From assembly GCA_965228895.1 (NCBI GenBank), contig OZ245842.1, positions 2,400,001 through 2,464,000 on the forward strand: DNA of 64,000 bases. Direction: 5' to 3'. The position numbers and the translations under genes were made by a program. The stretch comes from Alphaproteobacteria bacterium. GTDB lineage: Bacteria; Pseudomonadota; Alphaproteobacteria; SP197. A model generated the notes under the pieces. That model was not told where the DNA came from and searched no databases. It worked only from the letters and a program-made list of their open reading frames with translations. Shown here in pieces: positions 39,288 through 49,267 of this stretch. The stretch's first letter is position 1. Each line of letters starts with the position of its first letter.

Positions 39288-40133
39288 ATGACACGGGCAA
39301 ACATGGAAATCCGTCCGTTGACGCCCACGCTGGGCGCGGAAGTTCACGGTGTCGACCTGTCCCATGATCTTGACGACGAGACGTTCGATGACATCAGGCA
39401 GGCCCTGCTTGATCACCTGGTTCTGTTTTTGCCGGATCAGCGCATCGGCCCGGCGGACCAGCTCGCGTTCGCCAGGCGCTTCGGCGAGATCGAGTCGCCG
39501 CACCCCTATTTCGGCGTGGTCGATGATCAGCCGGAAATCACGGTCATCGAGCAGGACGGCACCCCAGACAGCGACTACAACGACGCTTGGCACACGGACG
39601 TGACGTTCCGCGCGGAACCGGCCATGGCGTCGATCCTGCACGCCCAGATCGTGCCGGCATCGGGCGGCGACACCTTATGGTCAAGCCTCTACGGACCCTA
39701 TGAAGCCCTATCGCCGTCGGTCCGCGGCATGATCGAGGACAAGGTGGCGACCCACGACTACTACAATTCCTTCGGCGAGATCGTTCTGAAAGGTCCCGGC
39801 GGCCTGGAGAAACTGCTGGAGGATGTGCGTCGGTTTCCGCCGGTCGAACACCCGGTGGTGCGTACCCATCCGGAGACCGGCCGTAAGGGACTGTTCGTCA
39901 ACCGCGTCTTCACGCATCGCATCAAAGGTATGTCCTGGGTTGAGAGCGACCACATCCTGCGCATGCTCTATGAGATCGCTGAGCATCCGAACCATCAGGT
40001 CCGCTGGCATTGGCGACCCTACGATCTCGCGATCTGGGATAACCGCTGCACCATGCACAACGCGACGTCTGACTTTACCGGTCACCGAAGGATGCATCGG
40101 ATCACGATCCTAGGCGATCGGCCCTATCACTAG
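39288..40133 (+). CDS. TauD/TfdA family Fe(II)/2-oxoglutarate dioxygenase
   Basis: LGAEVHGVDL, WHTDVTF, GGDTLW, HPVVRTHPETGRK, IWDNRCTMH; GAGGAG RBS. Confidence 0.93.
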   Translation: MTRANMEIRPLTPTLGAEVHGVDLSHDLDDETFDDIRQALLDHLVLFLPDQRIGPADQLAFARRFGEIESPHPYFGVVDDQPEITVIEQDGTPDSDYNDAWHTDVTFRAEPAMASILHAQIVPASGGDTLWSSLYGPYEALSPSVRGMIEDKVATHDYYNSFGEIVLKGPGGLEKLLEDVRRFPPVEHPVVRTHPETGRKGLFVNRVFTHRIKGMSWVESDHILRMLYEIAEHPNHQVRWHWRPYDLAIWDNRCTMHNATSDFTGHRRMHRITILGDRPYH

Positions 40134-40177
40134 AGCATAGTCAAGGCCGGCATCGGACCGGCAACGGAGAGACGGCC

Positions 40178-40402
40178 ATGGCCAAACGCTACCCTCTGCC
40201 GAAACGCTTCAGCGCGGCGCTGAGCGATGCAGCCTACGCGCGGCTGCGTGCGTTGAACGACCGATGGCAACTCGGCAACAACTACCTGCTCGTCGTGCTT
40301 TTGGAGCATCTCGACGAATACGCCGACCCCGAGAAACTCGACACGGTATTCAAGGATTTCATTGCGGAGTACGGCGCGCCGGCGCCGACAAAAAAGACCT
40401 GA
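40178..40402 (+). CDS. Small hypothetical protein (possible ribbon-helix-helix)
   Basis: GGAGAG RBS, host-like codon usage, 74 aa; KRFSAALSDAAYARL pattern. Confidence 0.7.
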   Translation: MAKRYPLPKRFSAALSDAAYARLRALNDRWQLGNNYLLVVLLEHLDEYADPEKLDTVFKDFIAEYGAPAPTKKT

Positions 40403-40405
40403 CGG

Positions 40406-40855
40406 CTACTTGAGCGCTACCGACCGGCCCGCCCAGTCCGGGAGTTCCGGGACCGCGGCGGCCTGCATAGCTTCAAGCGTTTTTTCGTCGATAGGCGCCG
40501 TGCGGCCCGCGCGCGTGTCGAAGTGCAGCATGACACATTCGAATGTCGCACGTTCACTGCCGTCAACGCGCATGATCATGCCATAGCGGCAGCGCTTCTT
40601 GTCGACCTGGAACACCAGGGCCTCGAAGTCCATCACGGCGGGCGCGCGGATTTCGTTGAGGTAGCGCAAGTGGGTCTCGACCGTATAGAACGCGCAGCCG
40701 GTCCGTTCGAAGTAGTCGGCGCCGACCTTGAAATGGTCCATGAACGCCCAGGCCGCATCGGCGAAGCCGACGAGGTAGTAGCCTTCGTTCACGTGACCAT
40801 AGGGGTCGAGCCAGCCGTCCTGGACCGGTTCGCTAAAGAGTTTTTCGAGACTCAT
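40406..40855 (-). CDS. Acyl-CoA thioesterase (4HBT/hotdog; CdhB-like)
   Basis: WLDPYGHVNEGYY, YTVETHLRYL, PDWAGRSV; GAGGA RBS. Confidence 0.88.
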   Translation of the reverse strand: MSLEKLFSEPVQDGWLDPYGHVNEGYYLVGFADAAWAFMDHFKVGADYFERTGCAFYTVETHLRYLNEIRAPAVMDFEALVFQVDKKRCRYGMIMRVDGSERATFECVMLHFDTRAGRTAPIDEKTLEAMQAAAVPELPDWAGRSVALK

Positions 40856-40915
40856 GTGGTTTCCTCACCCGGCGCTCTTTGAAGGCCGCAGGGTAAGGCC
40901 GGGCTGGTGAACCGT

Positions 40916-42079
40916 CTACTCGGCAGCCGTCAAATGCGATTGTGGGGTTTCGCCTTCCAGCGCCTGCATGACCAGCGTGTGGAAATGGTGGACCGCATGT
41001 TCGCTGATATGGCTGCGGTCGCGGTCGACGATGAAACGGCCGCGGTCGTAACCGCGCGACTTCAATCCCTTGAAGACGCTTTCGCACAGCGCGATATCCT
41101 CGGGCTGCAGGATGTCGTCGATATAGGCGATGGCGTCCGCGGCTTGCTTGGTCGTGGCACCGCCCAGGGAATGCCAGTCCAGCCGCTCGTGGCAGTGTTC
41201 GGGGCCATCAGGCAGCATCTGGAGCGTCATCAGGTTGGGTTCGCCCGGCATCAGCCAGATCGTCAGGTTGGGCCAGACAAAGAAACCGGCATAACCGAAG
41301 TCAACATCGCCGGGCTCGAACGCATAAGCGCTGCTGTCGCGGGCGTGCGGCTTGTCGGATGTCTGACACGACCAGTAGTCATGCACCCGGTTGCGGTAGG
41401 TCGGCATCTCGACCAGATCGACAAAGGCCGGATGCGCGGGTTCACAGTGATAGCACTCCTGGAAGTTATCGATGACGACCTTCCAGTTGGCGTGGAGGTC
41501 GTAATCCTTGCGGCACGCAAAGGCGAGCTGATCGGCGCGCGGCATGTAGTTGAGGATCTCCTCCTCAAGGCCAGCGTACTGCTCTCTCAACGCAGGCGCG
41601 TCGGGATCGAGGTTCACGAAGATGAGCCCCAGCATCGTTTCGACACGCACGGGTTTGAGGCCGAATTCCGCCTTGTCGAAACCATCGACGTTGTCACAAC
41701 CGCGCGCCGTTCTGAGCTTGCCTTCCAGGTCATAGGCCCAGGCGTGATAGGGGCAGGTCATGGTGAGCTTCAGGTTGCCCTCGCCTTCGACCAGCCGGTG
41801 GGCCCGATGCTGGCAGACGTTGTAGAACCCGCGCAGCACGCGATCACGACCGCGCACGAGCATGATGCCCTCATCGGCGAAATCGATGGCCATGTAGCTG
41901 CCGGACTCGGCAAGGCGGCTTTCATGACCGACAAAGAACCAGGACCGCGCGAAGATACGATCGTTCTCGCGCGCCAGGATGTCGGGGTCGATGTAGTACC
42001 GCGACGCCATCGTGTAGGACCGGCCGGGATCGGCATCGAGGCCGCCGGGCAGAGGATTAGAAGGTCCTGATGTTGTCAT
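40916..42079 (-). CDS. Rieske non-heme iron oxygenase alpha subunit (CntA/YeaW/choline monooxygenase-like)
   Basis: NVCQHRAH...CPYHAW Rieske motif; NWKVVIDNFQECYHCEPAH; EDIALCESVFKGLKSRGY; SEHAVHHFH. Confidence 0.9.
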   Translation of the reverse strand: MTTSGPSNPLPGGLDADPGRSYTMASRYYIDPDILARENDRIFARSWFFVGHESRLAESGSYMAIDFADEGIMLVRGRDRVLRGFYNVCQHRAHRLVEGEGNLKLTMTCPYHAWAYDLEGKLRTARGCDNVDGFDKAEFGLKPVRVETMLGLIFVNLDPDAPALREQYAGLEEEILNYMPRADQLAFACRKDYDLHANWKVVIDNFQECYHCEPAHPAFVDLVEMPTYRNRVHDYWSCQTSDKPHARDSSAYAFEPGDVDFGYAGFFVWPNLTIWLMPGEPNLMTLQMLPDGPEHCHERLDWHSLGGATTKQAADAIAYIDDILQPEDIALCESVFKGLKSRGYDRGRFIVDRDRSHISEHAVHHFHTLVMQALEGETPQSHLTAAE

Positions 42080-42157
42080 GGCTCTACTCCACTTTTCGGC
42101 GCGGCCCAAACGCTAAGACCACGCGCGATGCCCAACAATCGAGTTTTGGGTGACATC

Positions 42158-42176
42158 TGTTTCTAAAAACTCAACA
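42158..42176. promoter_or_regulatory. Candidate LysR T-N11-A recognition site
   Basis: TGTT-N11-AACA dyad between the divergent Rieske and LysR genes. Confidence 0.45.
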
Positions 42177-42184
42177 ATTGAGAG

Positions 42185-43105
42185 ATGAGCGAACGCCTTC
42201 CATCCCTTAACGCCTTACGGGCCTTCGAGGCCGTGGCCCGCACCGGCTCGGTCGCGGCAGCCGCAGACGAGTTAAGCGTGACGGCCGGCGCCGTCAGCCG
42301 GCAACTGGCCCGGCTTGAAGCGGACCTGAACCTCGCGCTTCTGGAGCGCGAAGGCCGTGGCCTGCGCCTGACAGCAGCCGGCGAGCGTTGTTACGCCGGC
42401 CTTCAGCCGGCCTTTGAGCAAATCGCCCGCACGGTGTCACAACTGCACCAGCGGCGTCGGCGCGATGAGCTGGTGATCGCCGCTGAGCCGGTGTTTGCGG
42501 CGACCTGGCTGATTCAGCGCCTTGAGGGGTTTCGCCGAGCCGTCCCCCAGATCGACATCACCATCGATGCCAGCGCGCAACGCAGCGACACCCGCCATCC
42601 GACCGCGGACCTCATTCTCGACTACGGCCGGCTTGCCGATGTCGCGGGGTTCGACTGCATCAAACTGATCGACGAGGAGATCTTCCCGGTCTGCGATCCC
42701 GAGACCGCAAAGCGCATCCAAGATGCCAATGGGCTCGACGAGATCACCCTTCTCCACTATGACGCGGCGCCACGATCGTGGGACTGGCCGGACTGGGCGA
42801 CATGGCTTCAGGCGGTCGGTCATGACGGCATCGATGCAGCGCGGGGTCCGCGGTTTGTGGCCGGCACGCTGGTGATGGACGCCGCGCGCAACGGCCAGGG
42901 TGTTGCGTTGGCCACCACCTCGATCGCACACGACGATATCAAAACTGAGCGCCTGGTGCGCCCGTCTGCCAGCAGCTTGGCGACCGACTGCGCCTACTAC
43001 CTGCTCATCCCCGAATCAAAACGCGCGCGTCGCGAGGTCACGGCGTTTCAGGCATGGTTGTTCGACGCTCTCGAAGACTGCTTCCCGTCACGACGCGAGC
43101 GCTGA
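42185..43105 (+). CDS. LysR family regulator (GcvA-like)
   Basis: LPSLNALRAFEAVAR HTH; GcvA-type substrate-binding domain. Confidence 0.93.
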   Translation: MSERLPSLNALRAFEAVARTGSVAAAADELSVTAGAVSRQLARLEADLNLALLEREGRGLRLTAAGERCYAGLQPAFEQIARTVSQLHQRRRRDELVIAAEPVFAATWLIQRLEGFRRAVPQIDITIDASAQRSDTRHPTADLILDYGRLADVAGFDCIKLIDEEIFPVCDPETAKRIQDANGLDEITLLHYDAAPRSWDWPDWATWLQAVGHDGIDAARGPRFVAGTLVMDAARNGQGVALATTSIAHDDIKTERLVRPSASSLATDCAYYLLIPESKRARREVTAFQAWLFDALEDCFPSRRER

Positions 43106-43186
43106 AACGGCAACACCATCACATCATCGCTTTGTTCGGGTGATCGTTGTACGCCTGCCGTTGAGTGTTCCGGCAACAAACACGCC

Positions 43187-43504
43187 TCAGTCGTTGACCA
43201 GGCTCTCAAGGTAAGCGATCAGCGCATCGATCTCGCTTTCGGAGAACGTGAACTCCGGCATCTCGGGATGGCCGACGACAATACCTTCGGCAAGTGCTTC
43301 GGCAAGGTGGGAAGGCGGCCATTGCTGGACGACGTCGCGAAACGGTGGCGCGTCGTCGTGCGGGCTGTCGCCGTCGACGCCGATTGCGTGGCAGCGGGCG
43401 CAGTTCTCCTCGGCCAAGACGCGGCCGGGCTCAACATCCGGGTTGTCTTGCGCCACGGCCTCCGCAGCGGCCAATCCCAACACCAACACGGCAACGGGTA
43501 ACAT
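43187..43504 (-). CDS. Monoheme cytochrome c
   Basis: Signal peptide, CARCH, GHPEMP axial Met. Confidence 0.88.
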   Translation of the reverse strand: MLPVAVLVLGLAAAEAVAQDNPDVEPGRVLAEENCARCHAIGVDGDSPHDDAPPFRDVVQQWPPSHLAEALAEGIVVGHPEMPEFTFSESEIDALIAYLESLVND

Positions 43505-43554
43505 CCGGCGCCCTCGTTTTCCGACCGCCCGCCGTCTTGTTCGTGACCTCGTTA

Positions 43555-45171
43555 TCACACTGCCTCCATCCAGAAGGGTTCGCGGGACTGAAACTGCTCC
43601 CAGGCATCGCCGAGGTCGGCTTTGCGCTGCTGGCCAATGCCGCCCCACCAGCCGAGCACCTGCCCGGCGGCCCGGACCAATTCGTGGCCCGCATCGCCGT
43701 CTACGCCATCGGCGATCAAACTTTCGAGCCTCGCCTCGGTAACGGCGATGTCGTTCATCACGCCGAGATCGTCCTGAAGGCGCGAGAGGTCTTGACGAAA
43801 CTGACGGCGGCGCCTGTCGGTTTTATCGGCCGGCATATAGTCGATCGAATAGCGTAGTTTTTTGATCGCGATACGCAAGTCGTGACGCTGCTCGTCGGTC
43901 CCGGTAACCACATGCTCGCCCAACGCCATGACGTCGCGATGCTGCCGCGACAACAATTTGGCAGCCCGCTTTTTCAGAGGCTGCTCGAGACGTTTTGCCT
44001 CTTTCTTGCTCCTGTGGTGACGCCAAGCGTTGCGTTCGAGCCAGCGGCCGAAGTCCAAGACGAACCGACCGTAACGCGGCGAATGGATTGCATGACGCAG
44101 CGTCTCATAAGCGATCGCCCGTGCCGTTTCAGCACGGTGATGGAGACCAAGGAGACCTCGATCTCCCGGATTGGCCTCAACGACAGGGTCCAGAATCTCG
44201 GTCAAGAAGACGTCGAGATCCCGTGCCGGACCCAGGCAGTCAGCCAGCCACCGGCATTCTGTCTTTAGCCACTTCGCCTGCTCATCGGGCAGGAAGTGGC
44301 CGAAGACAACAAGCGCCGATCTTAACCGGCGAAGCGCGACACGCATCTGATGGACACCCTCGGGGTCGCTGCCGTCGACGGCCGCCGCCTCATTGGTCAG
44401 CCAGTTCGAGAACCCGGTGCGGAACACCGTAGCGATGGCATCGTCAATGGTAATCTCGAACGGCAGGGCCGGTTTTTCGGAAGTGCGCCACGGTGGCGGC
44501 GCCCCCGAAATCAGGCCGTAGCCACGATCGGACTTGCTGCGCGTTCCCACATGCAGTGGATAGTGTTGATGCAGTTCGAGGGCCAAGTCATAGAGCGCGC
44601 CGGGATCGCCCTGCAGCAATTCAAGCTCGATCTCCAGAATGGGCAACTCGCCTGCATCGGACCTTATGACGCCACGGTCGCACGCAATTTCAATCAGCGA
44701 CGAACGACCATCATCATTGCAATAGGTCAACAAGCTCACCAAGCGGTCATACTTGGTCGTAAAGACCGCCCGCAACTCACCGCATTGGTCGCCGTCCAGT
44801 CCCGCGACCGCGGTGACCGTATCCAACCATTCGGGATGTGGTTCAAAACCGGGAACCTCGACCTTGCGCTCCTCACGGTCCATGGTGCCCGCGCGGCGCC
44901 CTGCCGACTTGACGGTTTGAACATACCGTCCGTCTTCGTCGCGCACCCGCAAGCAAGCGCCACGTTCGTTCAGCGTCATAGTGGGCGTATCGTAATACAC
45001 GGCATGCATATGCGTGCGCTTGCCATCGCGCGCCGCCGCCAGAAGACGCGGCGTCTCCAACAGGATCGCCATGCCCTCGGGGTCGGTGTGCAGCTTAAGT
45101 TCGACTTCTTTTTGCTGCTCGGCGCCCGCTCGCGCAGACGATGCCTTTTTCTTGTTTTGAAGGTTCAACAC
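43555..45171 (-). CDS. CYTH + CHAD domain protein (triphosphatase / polyphosphate-binding)
   Basis: EVELKL, YYDTP, LRVR, EIELEL, KSDRGY; CHAD HQMRVALRRLRS, RDLDV, HDLRIAIKKLRY, LQDDLG.MND. Start uncertain (ORF open to 45306). Confidence 0.92.
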   Translation of the reverse strand: MLNLQNKKKASSARAGAEQQKEVELKLHTDPEGMAILLETPRLLAAARDGKRTHMHAVYYDTPTMTLNERGACLRVRDEDGRYVQTVKSAGRRAGTMDREERKVEVPGFEPHPEWLDTVTAVAGLDGDQCGELRAVFTTKYDRLVSLLTYCNDDGRSSLIEIACDRGVIRSDAGELPILEIELELLQGDPGALYDLALELHQHYPLHVGTRSKSDRGYGLISGAPPPWRTSEKPALPFEITIDDAIATVFRTGFSNWLTNEAAAVDGSDPEGVHQMRVALRRLRSALVVFGHFLPDEQAKWLKTECRWLADCLGPARDLDVFLTEILDPVVEANPGDRGLLGLHHRAETARAIAYETLRHAIHSPRYGRFVLDFGRWLERNAWRHHRSKKEAKRLEQPLKKRAAKLLSRQHRDVMALGEHVVTGTDEQRHDLRIAIKKLRYSIDYMPADKTDRRRRQFRQDLSRLQDDLGVMNDIAVTEARLESLIADGVDGDAGHELVRAAGQVLGWWGGIGQQRKADLGDAWEQFQSREPFWMEAV

Positions 45172-45268
45172 AACCTCATCGCCGGCGTGACCGGGCCGGC
45201 AAAACCCATGAACGCGTCCCTCCACCGCGCATTTGACGTTATTCACCGTCGGGGTCAAGACAAAGCGG

Positions 45269-46270
45269 CTATGCCGTACGGAGTATTTCCTCAGCCGAAA
45301 GATCAATCAGCCGATTGAGGTCGCGTTGCAGCAGGGTGTCGTCGACACCCTGGGCAATCGCCACCACGCGCGATGTTGCATCGTCACGTGCCGGCATGGC
45401 CGTCACAACAGGTCGGTGGAAACAGCCCTGAACGGCGTCGATACGCACCAATCCGTCGACACCATCGACAGCGAGCAGACCTTTCAAGCGCAGAAGACCG
45501 GTGCCGTAATGCTCAATCAGTTGCGCCAGCGCCCGCTCCAGCTGATCCCAGGACGCAGATCCCGCGCGTGTACATGAAACTGTCACAATGTCGTTCAGTC
45601 GATGCGATGGTGCGGGTCCGCCTTCATCCATCCCGGGCGCTGTGGCACGGCCATTCATGGCAAGCAAGACATCGACAGGCACGTCCCCCATCGAGGCCGT
45701 GACGATCACAGCCTCCGCGTTCAGCGCGAAGACCTCCGCGACCACCGCGTCAGCGGCGCCCAGATCGGTCTTGGTCACCACCATCATGTCGGCAAAGGCA
45801 ACTTGGCGGCGCGCCTCCTCGTGATTGACCAGACTCGCGACACCGGCCACCGCGTCGACACACGTAACGGTTCGGTCGAACGCGTAGCGCGAAAGCCGCA
45901 GCGGGTCGCTCCAAAACATGCGGATCAGCGCACCAGGATCAGCAAGACCGGTGGTCTCGATCATGACCCGCGAGAAATTGGGCACCTCACCCCTCACCTG
46001 CCGGTCCAGCAGGCTCTGCAATGTCGCGATGAGGTCGCCCTGCAGCGTGCAGCACAAACATCCGTTATCGAGCAGAACTGTTGTTTCATCGCCGCGCTCG
46101 AGCAGCAGATGATCGAGCCCCACTTCGCCGAACTCATTGACAACAACGGCGGTGTCCTCAAGTTCGGGCTGGGCCAGCAGGTGACGCAGCAAGGTGGTTT
46201 TGCCGCTGCCCAGAAACCCGGTGATCATGGTCACCGGGATCGGCGCCTCACGAATCAGACCTGATGTCAT
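45269..46270 (-). CDS. CobW/COG0523 family GTPase metallochaperone
   Basis: TGFLGSGKTT, NEFGE, GCLCC, ETTGLADP, TKTD, RLKG. Confidence 0.92.
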   Translation of the reverse strand: MTSGLIREAPIPVTMITGFLGSGKTTLLRHLLAQPELEDTAVVVNEFGEVGLDHLLLERGDETTVLLDNGCLCCTLQGDLIATLQSLLDRQVRGEVPNFSRVMIETTGLADPGALIRMFWSDPLRLSRYAFDRTVTCVDAVAGVASLVNHEEARRQVAFADMMVVTKTDLGAADAVVAEVFALNAEAVIVTASMGDVPVDVLLAMNGRATAPGMDEGGPAPSHRLNDIVTVSCTRAGSASWDQLERALAQLIEHYGTGLLRLKGLLAVDGVDGLVRIDAVQGCFHRPVVTAMPARDDATSRVVAIAQGVDDTLLQRDLNRLIDLSAEEILRTA

Positions 46271-47673
46271 GACGCCAGCCGATCGCCTGAAAGCCAGGTC
46301 CCGTCCCAGAACGTTTCCGGCGCCGTCGTCATCAAATCAAAGGCACCATAACGCGGCGGCGACAGTTTTCGACCGCCGACGCGCTCGGCAAGTTCCTTCT
46401 TGGCCTCCGCGATCGCGATCGGCGACTCCAGCAAGTCGACAGCGGTCAGCGCAACGCCTTCCGACGCCATCAGCCCGCCTTGAATGCCCGATGTGTGGCC
46501 CGACATCGCCGTCGTTGCCCAATTGTGGAACAACACCCCCAGAGGCTCGGCCCAGTTAACCCGCGCCAGTGGGATGTACCAACTGGCTTCGCCGTCGTCC
46601 TGACCAAAGGGATCGCAGCCCTCGGTATGCAGCCTTGTCTTGCGGTCGAGTATGACATCCATCTGTGGACTGCAGGCCTTCGAAAGCTCGGCCATGAATG
46701 CCACGTCGTTATCGCTCCAATCCGGTGGCCCGATGGTATCGAGGTGGGATTGCATGACACGACCCAAGGTATGGTTAGGCAAGTAGCCGCGGGAGGCCGA
46801 GATGAACTGCTCGGAAAAGTTTGTGTTCGTATAGCGCGCGGCGTCAGCGGCGATCGGCAGGATCTGATTGTAGACTTCCTCGGCACGCTCAAAGCTCTCT
46901 TGGCGCACCGTGATCCACAGGCGGGCCTCGTCGCAGGTGATGCTCGGCATCAGCCCGGCGACACGCAGCACATGCCCGATGATCGCATCGTTGAACTGAT
47001 GCGCGCGCAGCCGCTCCATGGACTGGACCATAAGTTCAGCCGCATCCAACGCGTTCTGCGAACGCCGCGAGCCGCCGTGCCCGGAGACGCCGGAAAAGAC
47101 AAACTCAGACGACACACAGGACAGGCAGGGACGGGATATCGCCCCGTTCTGCTGATCGCCATGACTGGTCAAAAGCGCATCGATGCCGTCGAAGGCACCG
47201 CGTTCGAACATCGCGATCTTGCCCCACAACAGCTCCTCGGCCGGCGTACCCAACACGACCAGAGCACCGCCCAGACCAAGCGATTCCATCGCGTGACGGG
47301 TAGCGATCGCCGCGCCGACATTGGCCGCGCCGATCAGGTTGTGGCCGCAGGCATGGCCGGCGCGATGGCCGTCGGGCGCGCGTCGCGGCTCCGCAAGGTT
47401 ACCCTGCCCAGGTAAGGCATCGTATTCGGCCAGCAGACCCAAGGTCGGGCCTTCACCGTTCGACCAGACGGCGCGGAACGCCGTCGGAATGCCACACACG
47501 CCGCGCTCGACAGAGAACTTGTGGTCGGCGAGCCAGGCCGACAGCGCGGCCTCGGCCTGATACTCCATCATCGGCAGCTCGGGATGTTCCCAAATGCCGG
47601 AGCACATGGACTCGACGTCCGGGCGGAGAGCCGCCCAGGCCTCACGCGTCGCTGCGATTGATTTGTCGTCCAT
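46267..47673 (-). CDS. M20 amidohydrolase (AbgB-like)
   Basis: IWEHPEL, LAEYDALPG, GHACGHN, GTPAEE. Confidence 0.88.
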   Translation of the reverse strand: MDDKSIAATREAWAALRPDVESMCSGIWEHPELPMMEYQAEAALSAWLADHKFSVERGVCGIPTAFRAVWSNGEGPTLGLLAEYDALPGQGNLAEPRRAPDGHRAGHACGHNLIGAANVGAAIATRHAMESLGLGGALVVLGTPAEELLWGKIAMFERGAFDGIDALLTSHGDQQNGAISRPCLSCVSSEFVFSGVSGHGGSRRSQNALDAAELMVQSMERLRAHQFNDAIIGHVLRVAGLMPSITCDEARLWITVRQESFERAEEVYNQILPIAADAARYTNTNFSEQFISASRGYLPNHTLGRVMQSHLDTIGPPDWSDNDVAFMAELSKACSPQMDVILDRKTRLHTEGCDPFGQDDGEASWYIPLARVNWAEPLGVLFHNWATTAMSGHTSGIQGGLMASEGVALTAVDLLESPIAIAEAKKELAERVGGRKLSPPRYGAFDLMTTAPETFWDGTWLSGDRLAS

Positions 47674-47675
47674 TG

Positions 47676-48437
47676 CTACCCCGCGGTGTACCCGCCATCG
47701 ACAACCATTTCCGAGCCGGTCACAAACGTCGATTCATCGCTCGCCAGATAGACGACCATATGCGCGATATCGTCGGAATCGCCCATACGGCCGAGAGAGT
47801 GCATGGCTGACAGCGCCTCGGCCTCGCTCTCGCCAATCTCGTCAATGAAATGGCGCACCATGCTGGTCAGCATGTAGCCCGGATGAATCGAGTTGCAGCG
47901 TATGTTGGTCTTCTGTTTGGCACAATGAACGGCGACCGATTTTGTCAACAGCCTTACCGCACCCTTGCTGGCGCAGTAGGCCAAGGACTCACCTGAGCCA
48001 CGCAATCCCAAGACAGACGAGAGGTTGATGATGGAACCACCGCCGGCCCGGCGCATCGGATCGATGGCAAGACGGCAGCCCAGGAACGTGCCGTTGAGAT
48101 TGACGTCCAGCATGGTGTTCCACAGGTCGTCATCACACTCGGCGATGGTGTCGTTTTCCAACCCGATGCCCGCGCTGTTCACCAGCACATTCAGTTTGCC
48201 GAACTGTCGAAGCGTGGTGTCGATGGCCGACCGCCACGCGGCCTCATCGGTGACGTCGTGATGGTGATAGAAGCCCCGCGCGCCAAGCATCGCGGCGGTC
48301 TCGGTGCCGCCGGCATCGTCGATGTCGGTGACGCAGACCAACGCGCCCTCCTCGACCATGCGGATGGCGCTTTGGCGCCCGAAACCGGACGCGCCGCCGG
48401 TGATCAGGGCCACCTTGTTTTTCAGACGCCTGCTCAT
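47676..48437 (-). CDS. Short-chain dehydrogenase/reductase
   Basis: TGGASGFG, NSAG, YCASK, CNSIHPG, VVDGG. Confidence 0.93.
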   Translation of the reverse strand: MSRRLKNKVALITGGASGFGRQSAIRMVEEGALVCVTDIDDAGGTETAAMLGARGFYHHHDVTDEAAWRSAIDTTLRQFGKLNVLVNSAGIGLENDTIAECDDDLWNTMLDVNLNGTFLGCRLAIDPMRRAGGGSIINLSSVLGLRGSGESLAYCASKGAVRLLTKSVAVHCAKQKTNIRCNSIHPGYMLTSMVRHFIDEIGESEAEALSAMHSLGRMGDSDDIAHMVVYLASDESTFVTGSEMVVDGGYTAG

Positions 48438-49195
48438 CCCGCCGTCGTCCCCCCGTCGATGACCATTTCCGCGCCCGTCACCAATCGCGACTCATCGCTC
48501 GCCAGGTAGACGATCATGTGCCCGACATCCTCGGCCGTGCCGCGGTAATCGACGGCCATGAAGCTGTCCCACAACTCCCGCTCGCTTTCGGGATCGTCGC
48601 TCTCAGCGATGTAGGTGTGGACCATCGGCGTTTCGATGACGCCGGGGTGTACGGAGTTGCAGCGCACGCCAAGTCTGTTGTCCGCACAATAAAGCGCGAT
48701 CGACTTGGTCAGCAGCCTGACACCGCCCTTGCTGGTGTCATAGGCGCACATCGCGTCATCGGCGACAATACCGGCGACCGAGGAGAGATTGATGATCGAA
48801 CCGCCACCATGGTCCCGCATGTGCGCGACAGCCAGACGGCAACCGCGCCACGTGCCCGTCAGGTTGACATCGATGACCTGATGCCAATCCTCCAGCGTCG
48901 TGTCCTCGACCGTCCCGTTGCGCAGGATGCCCGCACAGTTCACCAAGACATGCCATCCGCCGAAGACCTTCTGCGTCTCGGCGGCGACCCGCTCCCAGTC
49001 GTCGTTCTTTGTCACATCCAGGCGGGCCGAAGCCGCGTTCTCGCCGATCTCGGCAGCGACACGGTCAGCGCCGGCGGCATCGACATCCGCGAGCATGACG
49101 CGCGCGCCTTCGCCTGCCAGCATCCTAGCCGTCGCCGCCCCGATGCCGGATCCTCCACCGGTCACCAATGCCACCTTACCGTCTACGCGACCCAT
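48434..49195 (-). CDS. Short-chain dehydrogenase/reductase
   Basis: TGGGSGIG, NCAG, YDTSK, CNSVHPG, VIDGG. Confidence 0.93.
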   Translation of the reverse strand: MGRVDGKVALVTGGGSGIGAATARMLAGEGARVMLADVDAAGADRVAAEIGENAASARLDVTKNDDWERVAAETQKVFGGWHVLVNCAGILRNGTVEDTTLEDWHQVIDVNLTGTWRGCRLAVAHMRDHGGGSIINLSSVAGIVADDAMCAYDTSKGGVRLLTKSIALYCADNRLGVRCNSVHPGVIETPMVHTYIAESDDPESERELWDSFMAVDYRGTAEDVGHMIVYLASDESRLVTGAEMVIDGGTTAG

Positions 49196-49267
49196 GCCCC
49201 TCCCCATCTGCAACTTGTCCGGTTATTACAAACGAAATGCCAACACCTGCCAAGGCGATCAAACGGG

